A stretch of DNA of 63,924 nucleotides, filler included, from Phoronis australis (lineage: Eukaryota > Animalia > Phoronida): NCBI GenBank assembly GCA_002633005.1. It is 7 parts of 7 records of this genome, joined end to end, with 100 filler letters (N's around TTAATTAATTAA, not from the genome) between each part and the next. Parts side by side here need not be neighbours in the genome. Positions count along the whole stretch, not along the records: positions 49,898 to 53,209 come from NMRA01003092.1; positions 53,310 to 61,725 come from NMRA01001897.1; positions 61,826 to 63,924 come from NMRA01003853.1; 4 more parts are not named here. One strand, 5' to 3'. Below the pieces are notes generated by a model. It searched no databases. It saw only the letters and a program-made list of their open reading frames with translations, and was not told where the DNA came from. The position numbers and the translations under genes are program-made. This document shows, one piece after another, positions 51,414 to 63,924 of this stretch. The number at the start of each line of letters is the position of its first letter. The stretch's first letter is position 1.

Positions 51414-52140
51414 CTGCGGCCAATCAGAAATAACGATACAAAGCGGTATCAACACCTTTGGCCAATCAGGAACAAGGATACTAAGTGGTACCAATACGAT
51501 GGAATGATTCACAGCGTGCACTTTCACACAAGAATTCAATAAATAACAATAAGTTTTAAAGCGTGTTTCTGACAAGAAAAACAAATCAGTGCAAAGCATT
51601 GCTTTCCTCGGACACCAGAAAATATCCAATCCCCTTAAAGTAAGTCAAGAGCAGGATCTAATGACTAAACTGACCAATAATAACACAGACTACTTGAATG
51701 ACTGCCAAGAACACCAGCAGTCTTGACAATGCTACTTTACAGGAGCGATTTTCCAAATCTTGTTTGTACGTACAAAAACAGACACATACAAGGCAAAACA
51801 ATGCACCACACACGGATGAACAAAATTTGAGTAATATAGCTATGTTGAAGAAAATAGAATAGCTTCCGTTTTCTCCAAAAAAGTTGCAGTTTTTTGCACT
51901 TTCAACATACAGCAAACTGACAACAATCAGATCTGACGATGAAGAAATTTCGAGTGAGAGATGTGATTTCCAACCAAGTGAAGCACAGATCTATGACCCA
52001 TATTAAACAAGTTTTACCATATTTCTGACACATACTACATCATATGGGATTTAGAGAAATGGTAATGTTCCTATTGCATAACATTGCATAACATTGTTGG
52101 CATTGGTTTAACTTGGCAACAATGAGACTGTAGAACGCAC

Positions 52141-52231
52141 CACTTCCGAGGTCGATGAACACATCTTCTTCTGTTATCTTGACCTGCTGAACCATCTGGT
52201 TAATTAGGTCAAATGACGTCTCGCCGTACAC
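52141..52231 (-). CDS. DOT1L: DOT1L exon (SAM-binding motif)
   Basis: VYGETSFDLINQMVQQVKITEEDVFIDLGS(G). Confidence 0.95.
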
Positions 52232-52835
52232 CTGGAATAAAACGAAGGATGTTTTTGAGGAGAAAACGGGTAACATCCGCCGTGCTAGGACATAACAGAC
52301 AGAATATGCGTGAAATTTTAATATCTGTGTTGCAAACACAATGACAAAGATTTCCGCAGAAAGTCTCACGCAACAACCATGAGTGGACAAATGAAAAATG
52401 GATTAGCTAATCATGACTACACTAGTTTGCTGCATTTAGCACTATTGTGTCATATTCATTCAAGATATTTTATTATTTACAGCATTCTGTATAACACCCA
52501 CACTGAATTGAACATCTAGCAACTTAGTTTTATTGCTTTCCATTTAACACCCACCCTTGCATTATCTATCTTCTCCATTTAATTGTAATTGACATTCCTC
52601 CAAATGATTACGGTAGTTGAGTAGTCGCTACCTAGCATAAGCTGGCTTATTTTACACACTTTAAATATTTTTTCCAAGTACTGGGATTTCCCAGTAATCA
52701 AACCATATGTGCAGACATGTACTGAAACACACGAATAGTTGATGTGCTTCACAAATCAGATGTGCAGACATCAACTGAAACACATGAATAGTTGAGATAC
52801 AGCTTCACAAACCAACAATGCACTAAATTAACTCA

Positions 52836-53207
<372 letters not shown>

Positions 53208-53309
53208 TGNNNNNNNNNNNNNNNNNNNNNNNNNNNNNNNNNNNNNNNNNNNNTTAATTAATTAANNNNNNNNNNNNNNNNNNNNNNNNNNNNNNNNNNN
53301 NNNNNNNNN

Positions 53310-53404
53310 ATCTCCTGTGACTTGATTTGTTGTTCAATACGTTGTACATTTTGTGTGAGCTGTGTAAACTGTTGCCGTGACAATGATCCCTGAAGTTTGA
53401 CAAT
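53310..53404 (-). CDS. CC2D1: CC2D1 C-terminal exon (cut by contig edge)
   Basis: cag|IVKLQGSLSRQQFTQLTQNVQRIEQQIKSQE, in phase with the previous exon. Confidence 0.7.
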
Positions 53405-53924
53405 CTGCAATACAGAATAGAGAACTAGTTAAGAGTCACTAACTGGACGAGGACACCTAGCACCACAACATTCACAACATTCACAATATTCACATAACCA
53501 CTATGTAAAGACTTCATTACACATGGACAGTGGAGAACAGCAAGTTAATGTGCATGAAATGTGTCATCATTATGATCTTGATATTTTGAACAAGATCTAA
53601 CAGTTATGATCTCAGTAACTGTTATATATCTCGACTCTAATTGAAGGCAGATAGAAACTCAAACTCACAGTTGAAGTTATTCCTACCAGCGTGGAAATTA
53701 TTTATACCTAGGTTGAAATTGTTTCCACGTGAGTAAAAATTATTTCCGCCTTGGTTGAAACTGTTTACATCCGGGTAAAAAATATTTCCATCTTGATGAA
53801 TTCATTCTCACCATTGTGTAAATTATTTCCACTAAAGTGAAAAAGGAAAAATAAAAGTTATTTTATACCTAAAACATCAATGATACTTACAGACCACCAT
53901 ACCTAGTCTCTCACTAACACTCAC

Positions 53925-53979
53925 CTCTTTTTCTAGAAGCAGTTTATCAAACTTAAGAACCTCCAAACTTGTCATTGTT
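53925..53979 (-). CDS. CC2D1: CC2D1 C-terminal exon
   Basis: TMTSLEVLKFDKLLLEKE, compared with CC2D1A SLSVLAFDQERLERK. Confidence 0.78.
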
Positions 53980-54607
53980 CTGAAACAAAAACATTATTTT
54001 CAAATTGTTCTTTCATGCACAAACATGAAATGCCAGTCTTCAAGACATGCATTTTGATTCTTACATTACAAAAATAAAGTATGATCCAATTAAAAGATAT
54101 TTACTTTTTCAAAATTCCAGGATGTGTACTTGAAGGTTAGGTGTAACTTAATGAACAAGTGTGAACTAACCACAACATAGACTTCAACTTGACAAAAAAA
54201 TATGTTGGGAATCCTGAACATAGAAAGTGTACAGAACATGACTGTTCATTTTATACACATCTGCTCTTGGATCATGTGACAAAGTAGTGATAGCAAAATC
54301 AAGCAAAAACCTTAAATTGCTAAATAACAACAATGTCAAGGTCAGGATGAAATAGCCAAGCATCCACCTCTTTACTTCGGAATTAACATGCGCTGTTAAC
54401 TTCGATCCAAGACTGAATAAAGTGTTCCCATACACAAGCATCAGAGCCAGTGGGAAAGACCTTTAAGAGATCTCAACACTTAACAGCGGGTATTTTGATT
54501 CACTTAAATACCAGGGTGAGGTCAAGTCTTAGAGTATTAAGTAAACTGTGAAAAAGTAAGTAAAGAAAAGTTATAGCTCTCCATTTGCCTCTTGGAAGTC
54601 AACTTAC

Positions 54608-54669
54608 TGAGAATTCTTGATGGGTGACTGTTCTTTATGCACCGGCGCCACCCTATGGCTTGTTGCAGC
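54608..54669 (-). CDS. CC2D1: CC2D1 linker exon
   Basis: tttcag|AATSHRVAPVHKEQSPIKNS(Q)|gtaag. Phases 0 and 2 fit both neighbours. Confidence 0.7.
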
Positions 54670-54715
54670 CTGAAATATAGCATAAGTTGCTACACCAGGA
54701 AGTTGCTACATTTAA

Positions 54716-54922
54716 AGTGCACTCAACAACATGCTGTGTTTATGTGTATACATAGGGTGCACTCAACAACGTGCTGTGTTTATGTGTATACATAGGGTGC
54801 ACTCAACAACGTGCTGTGTTTATGTGTATACATAGGGTGCACTAACAACGTGCTGTGTTTATGTGTATACATAGGGTGCACTAACAACGTGCTGTGTTTA
54901 TGTGTATACATAGGGTGCACTA
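54716..54922. repeat. 39-40-bp intronic minisatellite, about 5 copies
   Basis: Unit actcaacaacgtgctgtgtttatgtgtatacatagggtgc. Confidence 0.9.
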
Positions 54923-55082
54923 AAAACAAGCGCAATTGCATTTTTGTGACTGAAAATAAGTATTTTACAGGATGGGTCTGTCTCAAAGCCCACTCCTAAT
55001 ACCACCCCCTCTTACCAAGAGACCCTCCCTCCTCTCAAAGTTGTCAACCACTTATTCATCATCCCTGTATCATGCCTCTTAC

Positions 55083-55223
55083 CGGTGCCGCCTTCCTCCT
55101 CTCAAAGTTGTCAATCACCAACCATTTCTCATTCACTTGCTCCACCTGTTTACTCATCAAAGGTTCCCGTAATTTCACCTTCAGCTCAAGTTTACCTCCA
55201 ATTGTCTTCCTGCCATCCAACAA
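55083..55223 (-). CDS. CC2D1: CC2D1A/B (Lgd) C2-domain end exon
   Basis: LLDGRKTIGGKLELKVKLREPLMSKQVEQVNEKWLVID, compared with CC2D1A VLDGRRPTGGRLEVMVRIREPL...ERWLVID. Confidence 0.88.
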
Positions 55224-55460
55224 CTTGAACAATAAAAGAGTTCATTAAAATGGGTTTGAACACCCAGCACTGACATATTTCTTTATCAAGTAATGCTTAA
55301 TTAGCACATTTATTAACAGAGCATCTACACACAGGAAGGCATGAGAAGGGATGGGGAGGTCATTTAGAGAACATACAAGATGCACCATTGAACTACTGTG
55401 TGTGCATGAGTTGCATTCACAAACATACTGCATACCTCTACATGATAGTGTTCTGGATTT

Positions 55461-55847
55461 TCCTGTACACTGTGTATGTCAACTTGATTATGTGTACAGT
55501 GTTGTATTCTCCTGTACACTGTGTATGTCTACTTGATTATGTGTACAGTGTTGCATTCTCCTGTACACTGTGCATGTCTACTTGATTATGTGTACAGTGT
55601 TGTATTCTCCTGTACACTGTGTATGTCAACTTGATTATGTGTACAGTGTTGTATTCTCCCGTACACTGTGTATGTCTACTTGATTATGTGTACAGTGTTG
55701 CATTCTCCTGTACACTGTGTATGTCTACTTGATTATGTGTACAGTGTTGCATTCTCCTGTACACTGTGTATGTCTACTTGATTATGTGTACAGTGTTGTA
55801 TTCTCCTGTACACTGTGTATGTCTACTTGATTATGTGTACAGTGTTG
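55461..55847. repeat. 49-bp minisatellite, about 8 copies
   Basis: Unit tcctgtacactgtgtatgtctacttgattatgtgtacagtgttgtattc. Confidence 0.92.
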
Positions 55848-55848
55848 N

Positions 55849-58800
55849 TCATATAAACACACTTCCAGAATTTAGTAAAGATCCTACCAACGGTTTAGGA
55901 GATACAGCCATGGGCGCAAAAAGAGACAAAATTGCCACTAGGAGGCACCACAGTTACCAAAATTGTTGGAAAATCATTGTCAGCCGTCCTCTTCATAATA
56001 AAAATATACATGCCAATTTCCACAATCATGCTTAGAGCGGTTTGGTTGATAGAGGGGTAGAAGTCAAAAAACAGACTCGAAAACAGCAAAAATGGCCACT
56101 AGGTGGTGCAAACTACGTCAAATCCATCTGAAAACCGTAGGACAGCGTCATCTTACTAATAGGTGCCTATATTCCAAATTTTATGAAAATACCTTGAAGA
56201 TACAGAGGTAAACGTAAAAAAATTAAATTGCCACTAGGGGGCACACCAGTACTCAGATCTGTCCGAAAGTCATCGTCATCTATTGTCAACATCATATAAA
56301 CACACTTCCAGAATTTAGTAAAGATCCTACCAACGGTTTAGGAGATACAGCCATGGGCGCAAAAAGAGACAAAATTGCCACTAGGAGGCACCACAGTTAC
56401 CAAAATTGTTGGAAAATCATTGTCAGCCGTCCTCTTCATAATAAAAATATACATGCCAATTTCCACAATCATGCTTAGAGCGGTTTGGTTGATAGAGGGG
56501 TAGAAGTCAAAAAACAGACTCGAAAACAGCAAAAATGGCCACTAGGTGGTGCAAACTACGTCAAATCCATCTGAAAACCGTAGGACAGCGTCATCTTACT
56601 AATAGGTGCCTATATTCCAAATTTTATGAAAATACCTTGAAGATACAGAGGTAAACGTAAAAAAATTAAATTGCCACTAGGGGGCACACCAGTACTCAGA
56701 TCTGTCCGAAAGTCATCGTCATCTATTGTCAACATCATATAAACACACTTCCAGAATTTAGTAAAGATCCTACCAACGGTTTAGGAGATACAGCCATGGG
56801 CGCAAAAAGAGACAAAATTGCCACTAGGAGGCACCACAGTTACCAAAATTGTTGGAAAATCATTGTCAGCCGTCCTCTTCATAATAAAAATATACATGCC
56901 AATTTCCACAATCATGCTTAGAGCGGTTTGGTTGATAGAGGGGTAGAAGTCAAAAAACAGACTCGAAAACAGCAAAAATGGCCACTAGGTGGTGCAAACT
57001 ACGTCAAATCCATCTGAAAACCGTAGGACAGCGTCATCTTACTAATAGGTGCCTATATTCCAAATTTTATGAAAATACCTTGAAGATACAGAGGTAAACG
57101 TAAAAAAATTAAATTGCCACTAGGGGGCACACCAGTACTCAGATCTGTCCGAAAGTCATCGTCATCTATTGTCAACATCATATAAACACACTTCCAGAAT
57201 TTAGTAAAGATCCTACCAACGGTTTAGGAGATACAGCCATGGGCGCAAAAAGAGACAAAATTGCCACTAGGAGGCACCACAGTTACCAAAATTGTTGGAA
57301 AATCATTGTCAGCCGTCCTCTTCATAATAAAAATATACATGCCAATTTCCACAATCATGCTTAGAGCGGTTTGGTTGATAGAGGGGTAGAAGTCAAAAAA
57401 CAGACTCGAAAACAGCAAAAATGGCCACTAGGTGGTGCAAACTACGTCAAATCCATCTGAAAACCGTAGGACAGCGTCATCTTACTAATAGGTGCCTATA
57501 TTCCAAATTTTATGAAAATACCTTGAAGATACAGAGGTAAACGTAAAAAAATTAAATTGCCACTAGGGGGCACACCAGTACTCAGATCTGTCCGAAAGTC
57601 ATCGTCATCTATTGTCAACATCATATAAACACACTTCCAGAATTTAGTAAAGATCCTACCAACGGTTTAGGAGATACAGCCATGGGCGCAAAAAGAGACA
57701 AAATTGCCACTAGGAGGCACCACAGTTACCAAAATTGTTGGAAAATCATTGTCAGCCGTCCTCTTCATAATAAAAATATACATGCCAATTTCCACAATCA
57801 TGCTTAGAGCGGTTTGGTTGATAGAGGGGTAGAAGTCAAAAAACAGACTCGAAAACAGCAAAAATGGCCACTAGGTGGTGCAAACTACGTCAAATCCATC
57901 TGAAAACCGTAGGACAGCGTCATCTTACTAATAGGTGCCTATATTCCAAATTTTATGAAAATACCTTGAAGATACAGAGGTAAACGTAAAAAAATTAAAT
58001 TGCCACTAGGGGGCACACCAGTACTCAGATCTGTCCGAAAGTCATCGTCATCTATTGTCAACATCATATAAACACACTTCCAGAATTTAGTAAAGATCCT
58101 ACCAACGGTTTAGGAGATACAGCCATGGGCGCAAAAAGAGACAAAATTGCCACTAGGAGGCACCACAGTTACCAAAATTGTTGGAAAATCATTGTCAGCC
58201 GTCCTCTTCATAATAAAAATATACATGCCAATTTCCACAATCATGCTTAGAGCGGTTTGGTTGATAGAGGGGTAGAAGTCAAAAAACAGACTCGAAAACA
58301 GCAAAAATGGCCACTAGGTGGTGCAAACTACGTCAAATCCATCTGAAAACCGTAGGACAGCGTCATCTTACTAATAGGTGCCTATATTCCAAATTTTATG
58401 AAAATACCTTGAAGATACAGAGGTAAACGTAAAAAAATTAAATTGCCACTAGGGGGCACACCAGTACTCAGATCTGTCCGAAAGTCATCGTCATCTATTG
58501 TCAACATCATATAAACACACTTCCAGAATTTAGTAAAGATCCTACCAACGGTTTAGGAGATACAGCCATGGGCGCAAAAAGAGACAAAATTGCCACTAGG
58601 AGGCACCACAGTTACCAAAATTGTTGGAAAATCATTGTCAGCCGTCCTCTTCATAATAAAAATATACATGCCAATTTCCACAATCATGCTTAGAGCGGTT
58701 TGGTTGATAGAGGGGTAGAAGTCAAAAAACAGACTCGAAAACAGCAAAAATGGCCACTAGGTGGTGCAAACTACGTCAAATCCATCTGAAAACCGTAGGA

Positions 58801-61725
58801 CAGCGTCATCTTACTAATAGGTGCCTATATTCCAAATTTTATGAAAATACCTTGAAGATACAGAGGTAAACGTAAAAAAATTAAATTGCCACTAGGGGGC
58901 ACACCAGTACTCAGATCTGTCCGAAAGTCATCGTCATCTATTGTCAACATCATATAAACACACTTCCAGAATTTAGTAAAGATCCTACCAACGGTTTAGG
59001 AGATACAGCCATGGGCGCAAAAAGAGACAAAATTGCCACTAGGAGGCACCACAGTTACCAAAATTGTTGGAAAATCATTGTCAGCCGTCCTCTTCATAAT
59101 AAAAATATACATGCCAATTTCCACAATCATGCTTAGAGCGGTTTGGTTGATAGAGGGGTAGAAGTCAAAAAACAGACTCGAAAACAGCAAAAATGGCCAC
59201 TAGGTGGTGCAAACTACGTCAAATCCATCTGAAAACCGTAGGACAGCGTCATCTTACTAATAGGTGCCTATATTCCAAATTTTATGAAAATACCTTGAAG
59301 ATACAGAGGTAAACGTAAAAAAATTAAATTGCCACTAGGGGGCACACCAGTACTCAGATCTGTCCGAAAGTCATCGTCATCTATTGTCAACATCATATAA
59401 ACACACTTCCAGAATTTAGTAAAGATCCTACCAACGGTTTAGGAGATACAGCCATGGGCGCAAAAAGAGACAAAATTGCCACTAGGAGGCACCACAGTTA
59501 CCAAAATTGTTGGAAAATCATTGTCAGCCGTCCTCTTCATAATAAAAATATACATGCCAATTTCCACAATCATGCTTAGAGCGGTTTGGTTGATAGAGGG
59601 GTAGAAGTCAAAAAACAGACTCGAAAACAGCAAAAATGGCCACTAGGTGGTGCAAACTACGTCAAATCCATCTGAAAACCGTAGGACAGCGTCATCTTAC
59701 TAATAGGTGCCTATATTCCAAATTTTATGAAAATACCTTGAAGATACAGAGGTAAACGTAAAAAAATTAAATTGCCACTAGGGGGCACACCAGTACTCAG
59801 ATCTGTCCGAAAGTCATCGTCATCTATTGTCAACATCATATAAACACACTTCCAGAATTTAGTAAAGATCCTACCAACGGTTTAGGAGATACAGCCATGG
59901 GCGCAAAAAGAGACAAAATTGCCACTAGGAGGCACCACAGTTACCAAAATTGTTGGAAAATCATTGTCAGCCGTCCTCTTCATAATAAAAATATACATGC
60001 CAATTTCCACAATCATGCTTAGAGCGGTTTGGTTGATAGAGGGGTAGAAGTCAAAAAACAGACTCGAAAACAGCAAAAATGGCCACTAGGTGGTGCAAAC
60101 TACGTCAAATCCATCTGAAAACCGTAGGACAGCGTCATCTTACTAATAGGTGCCTATATTCCAAATTTTATGAAAATACCTTGAAGATACAGAGGTAAAC
60201 GTAAAAAAATTAAATTGCCACTAGGGGGCACACCAGTACTCAGATCTGTCCGAAAGTCATCGTCATCTATTGTCAACATCATATAAACACACTTCCAGAA
60301 TTTAGTAAAGATCCTACCAACGGTTTAGGAGATACAGCCATGGGCGCAAAAAGAGACAAAATTGCCACTAGGAGGCACCACAGTTACCAAAATTGTTGGA
60401 AAATCATTGTCAGCCGTCCTCTTCATAATAAAAATATACATGCCAATTTCCACAATCATGCTTAGAGCGGTTTGGTTGATAGAGGGGTAGAAGTCAAAAA
60501 ACAGACTCGAAAACAGCAAAAATGGCCACTAGGTGGTGCAAACTACGTCAAATCCATCTGAAAACCGTAGGACAGCGTCATCTTACTAATAGGTGCCTAT
60601 ATTCCAAATTTTATGAAAATACCTTGAAGATACAGAGGTAAACGTAAAAAAATTAAATTGCCACTAGGGGGCACACCAGTACTCAGATCTGTCCGAAAGT
60701 CATCGTCATCTATTGTCAACATCATATAAACACACTTCCAGAATTTAGTAAAGATCCTACCAACGGTTTAGGAGATACAGCCATGGGCGCAAAAAGAGAC
60801 AAAATTGCCACTAGGAGGCACCACAGTTACCAAAATTGTTGGAAAATCATTGTCAGCCGTCCTCTTCATAATAAAAATATACATGCCAATTTCCACAATC
60901 ATGCTTAGAGCGGTTTGGTTGATAGAGGGGTAGAAGTCAAAAAACAGACTCGAAAACAGCAAAAATGGCCACTAGGTGGTGCAAACTACGTCAAATCCAT
61001 CTGAAAACAGTAGGACAGCGTCATCTTACTAATAGGTGCCTATATTCCAAATTTTATGAAAATACCTTGAAGATACAGAGGTAAACGTAAAAAAATTAAA
61101 TTGCCACTAGGGGGCACACCAGTACTCAGATCTGTCCGAAAGTCATCGTCATCTATTGTCAACATCATATAAACACACTTCCAGAATTTAGTAAAGATCC
61201 TACCAACGGTTTAGGAGATACAGCCATGGGCGCAAAAAGAGACAAAATTGCCACTAGGAGGCACCACAGTTACCAAAATTGTTGGAAAATCATTGTCAGC
61301 CGTCCTCTTCATAATAAAAATATACATGCCAATTTCCACAATCATGCTTAGAGCGGTTTGGTTGATAGAGGGGTAGAAGTCAAAAAACAGACTCGAAAAC
61401 AGCAAAAATGGCCACTAGGTGGTGCAAACTACGTCAAATCCATCTGAAAACCGTAGGACAGCGTCATCTTACTAATAGGTGCCTATATTCCAAATTTTAT
61501 GAAAATACCTTGAAGATACAGAGGTAAACGTAAAAAAATTAAATTGCCACTAGGGGGCACACCAGTACTCAGATCTGTCCGAAAGTCGTCGTCATCTATT
61601 GTCAACATCATATAAACACACTTCCAGAATTTAGTAAAGATCCTACCAACGGTTTAGGAGATACAGCCATGGGCGCAAAAAGAGACAAAATTGCCACTAG
61701 GAGGCACCACAGTTACCAAAATTGT
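55849..61725. repeat. 443-bp satellite, about 13.3 near-identical copies, three CTCF-like motifs per unit
   Basis: The ORF track repeats every 443 nt. Each unit has TGCCACTAGGAGGCAC, GGCCACTAGGTGGTGC and TGCCACTAGGGGGCAC. Confidence 0.97.
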
Positions 61726-61825
61726 NNNNNNNNNNNNNNNNNNNNNNNNNNNNNNNNNNNNNNNNNNNNTTAATTAATTAANNNNNNNNNNNNNNNNNNN
61801 NNNNNNNNNNNNNNNNNNNNNNNNN

Positions 61826-62316
61826 GCATTGCAATATTCAAAATACGTTTATTATGAATCTTACAAGCTGTAAAACGACGTTGTTTAATTTCATTGTGCT
61901 CATTCAATGTCATCCGTCAAATCGGCAATTTCCGAGATGTGATCTGCGGCATGCGCGTATGTGTACAAAACACGTGATTGTTATGTTCCTGAAGTACGAA
62001 AAGCATGCCGTTATTATTGACAGGGACACGATAAAACGAATTTGGATTTTGACTATAGTCTTGATACAGCGAGCTGGCTGACCACTGCGCCAGTGTCTCC
62101 GTTAGACCCAGAAATTTCACACAGCCCAGGTAGTTCACTTCGTCCCCAACATGTAGATCGAGCCTTGGACTATAAATACTCCACGGTAGAGCTAACAACC
62201 GTCGGCCCGTGCACACAAAATCTGTGAGTTAACCAGCACACACCTTGCACATTGCAGCCGTTTAAATGAAAAAACAATCTAGTAAACGCCATTTTCCTGC
62301 ATAATCCTCCGCCTTT
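61826..62316 (-). repeat. Interspersed repeat, inverted homolog of 14165-14675
   Basis: Reverse-complement match. Confidence 0.85.
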
Positions 62317-62878
62317 TNAAACGAGCATTGTTGACGAAAATTTTATTTATCGCACGTCTTGGAAGGGCCATTGCTCTAGTCATGACTCCCGGCAGCAGTA
62401 TAGGTTTGTACTTTGAGCCCCCTTGTCCGTCACAGCGTGGCTGATAGTAAGAGACCCGACTACCACAACCCATCTGAGCGCAGACAGACAATATCTAATG
62501 GCCTTCGTGAAATGAATCATGATTAACGATGCTCTTCGATTCTATGAATTATTTATTCTGACCTGAGTCCGCAGTCGGCCCCGCTTGTGGTACTAGGTAT
62601 GCGGAATGGTTTGGGTATTGTAAGACTATTTTTGGACAGGAATATATTCAGTTCTGATTAGTAGCTAACATTATACTACATATTTTTTTCATACCATTTT
62701 TGTATTGTGCTGTTTGTGTTGTATACATGTAGGCTGCATGGAATCTGAATATTACATGGCTGTGTTTGTAAGTCGGGCGGGTCATTCTAGAAGACATGAG
62801 CGACATCTTTTGAGAGATAGTCTAACATTTCCTCCAATCAGAAGTGACTAATCGATCGTGTTCGAAACTGTTTCCATC

Positions 62879-62979
62879 ATGGCGGACCAGGATAGCCTTT
62901 GTGACATGAGCTCAGATGCCGACGCCGATCCTGGCGCAGAAGATGGTGATATTGAAGATGACGATGGCCCGAATAAAAG
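62879..62979 (+). CDS. Probable first coding exon of an unidentified gene (acidic N-terminus)
   Basis: atcATGGCG start, MADQDSLCDMSSDADADPGAEDGDIEDDDGPNK, then AG|gtaa. GC box (62775) and CCAAT (62834) upstream. Confidence 0.5.
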
Positions 62980-63231
62980 GTAAAACTCTTTAGAGTGCAC
63001 AGGATAAATATTGTCGCACAAGACTAATCAGCAGCTTTAACTTGAGTACAGTACCGTTCTCCTGCGCTATTCACCCGGTTTCTGAGCCAGGCCAAACCCA
63101 AGGCAACCCAAGAGGGCGAGGACAAGACCTTATTTTTGCACTCTTATCAGCTGCTAGGCAATGACCATCGCCTCTGTTGGCCCGAAGCAGAGGCGATGTA
63201 GAGGCTATAGGCGCTCTGTACGCCGGAAGCA

Positions 63232-63570
63232 ACATTAGAGAATGGAAACGAGTATACTGAGGAATTAGGTTACATCAGAGAATGGAAACGAGTATACTGA
63301 GGAATTAGATTACATCAGAGAATGGAAACGAGTATACTGAGGAATTGGATTACATTAGAGAATGGAAACGAGTATACTGAGGAATTAGATTACATCAGAG
63401 AATGGAAACGAGTATTCTGAGGAATTAGATTACATTAGAGAATGGAAACGAGTATACTGAGGAATTAGATTACATCAGAGAATGGAAACGAATATACTGG
63501 GGAATTAGATTACATAAGAGAATGGAAACGAGTATACTGAGGAATTAGATTACATAAGAGAATGGAAAAG
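63232..63570. repeat. 40-bp minisatellite, about 8.5 copies
   Basis: Unit tacatcagagaatggaaacgagtatactgaggaattagat. Confidence 0.93.
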
Positions 63571-63924
63571 GGATTTTGCATTTAGTCACGCTGACTTCAC
63601 CACGGATTGTCTTGATGTCTGAAACACAGGTACGGATCAGGAATTAAAAGATATCAGGATTTGTGGGGTCTTGGTAGTGTAGGAAGAAATCAACCATACC
63701 AACATCAAAAGCTGAAGTTGCCTTTTTAGATTAACAGGATATAATGGAAAATTAAATTTAAACAGAAAATTGTTGTTTTGGCGTGTTTCGATATATAGTG
63801 CTGTTGAACTGGAATGAAGTGTGCAGGTTATGTCCTTCCTTAATGAGTTGGCAGCCCTGTATCTGATCCATGTGTAGGATGGGTTGGCAGTCCTGCATCT
63901 AATTCATGTGTAGGATGGGTTGGC

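Noticed and set aside
55895-61405. Thirteen identical 64-aa ORFs
   Set aside because: By-product of the 443-bp satellite; non-ATG start and no recognisable domain.

Overview
Eukaryotic (probably bilaterian invertebrate) genomic DNA, not prokaryotic. The window is seven unrelated fragments joined by artificial 100-nt N/TTAATTAATTAA linkers (9515-9614, 17492-17591, 42042-42141, 49798-49897, 53210-53309, 61726-61825). Spliced gene pieces read directly from the sequence: a MET/RON-like receptor tyrosine kinase with plexin-type IPT domains (5 exons), the last two exons of a DPP4-family peptidase, a disabled 43-aa TPR-array gene, two SLC5A8/SMVT-type transporter exons, four DOT1L exons and four CC2D1/Lgd exons. 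The rest is transposon relics (L1/Tx1, Penelope-like, another non-LTR RT, MITEs, Helentron/HINE-like) and minisatellites. The standout is a near-perfect 443-bp satellite (about 13.3 copies, 55849-61725) with three co-oriented CTCF-consensus motifs per unit (40 in total, about 148 bp apart). It lies upstream of the CC2D1 exons, probably in an intron. A single-unit relative sits inside a HINE/DINE-like transposon at 9615-10262, suggesting a transposon that carries and amplifies CTCF-site arrays. Family assignments come from motif recall, not database searches.
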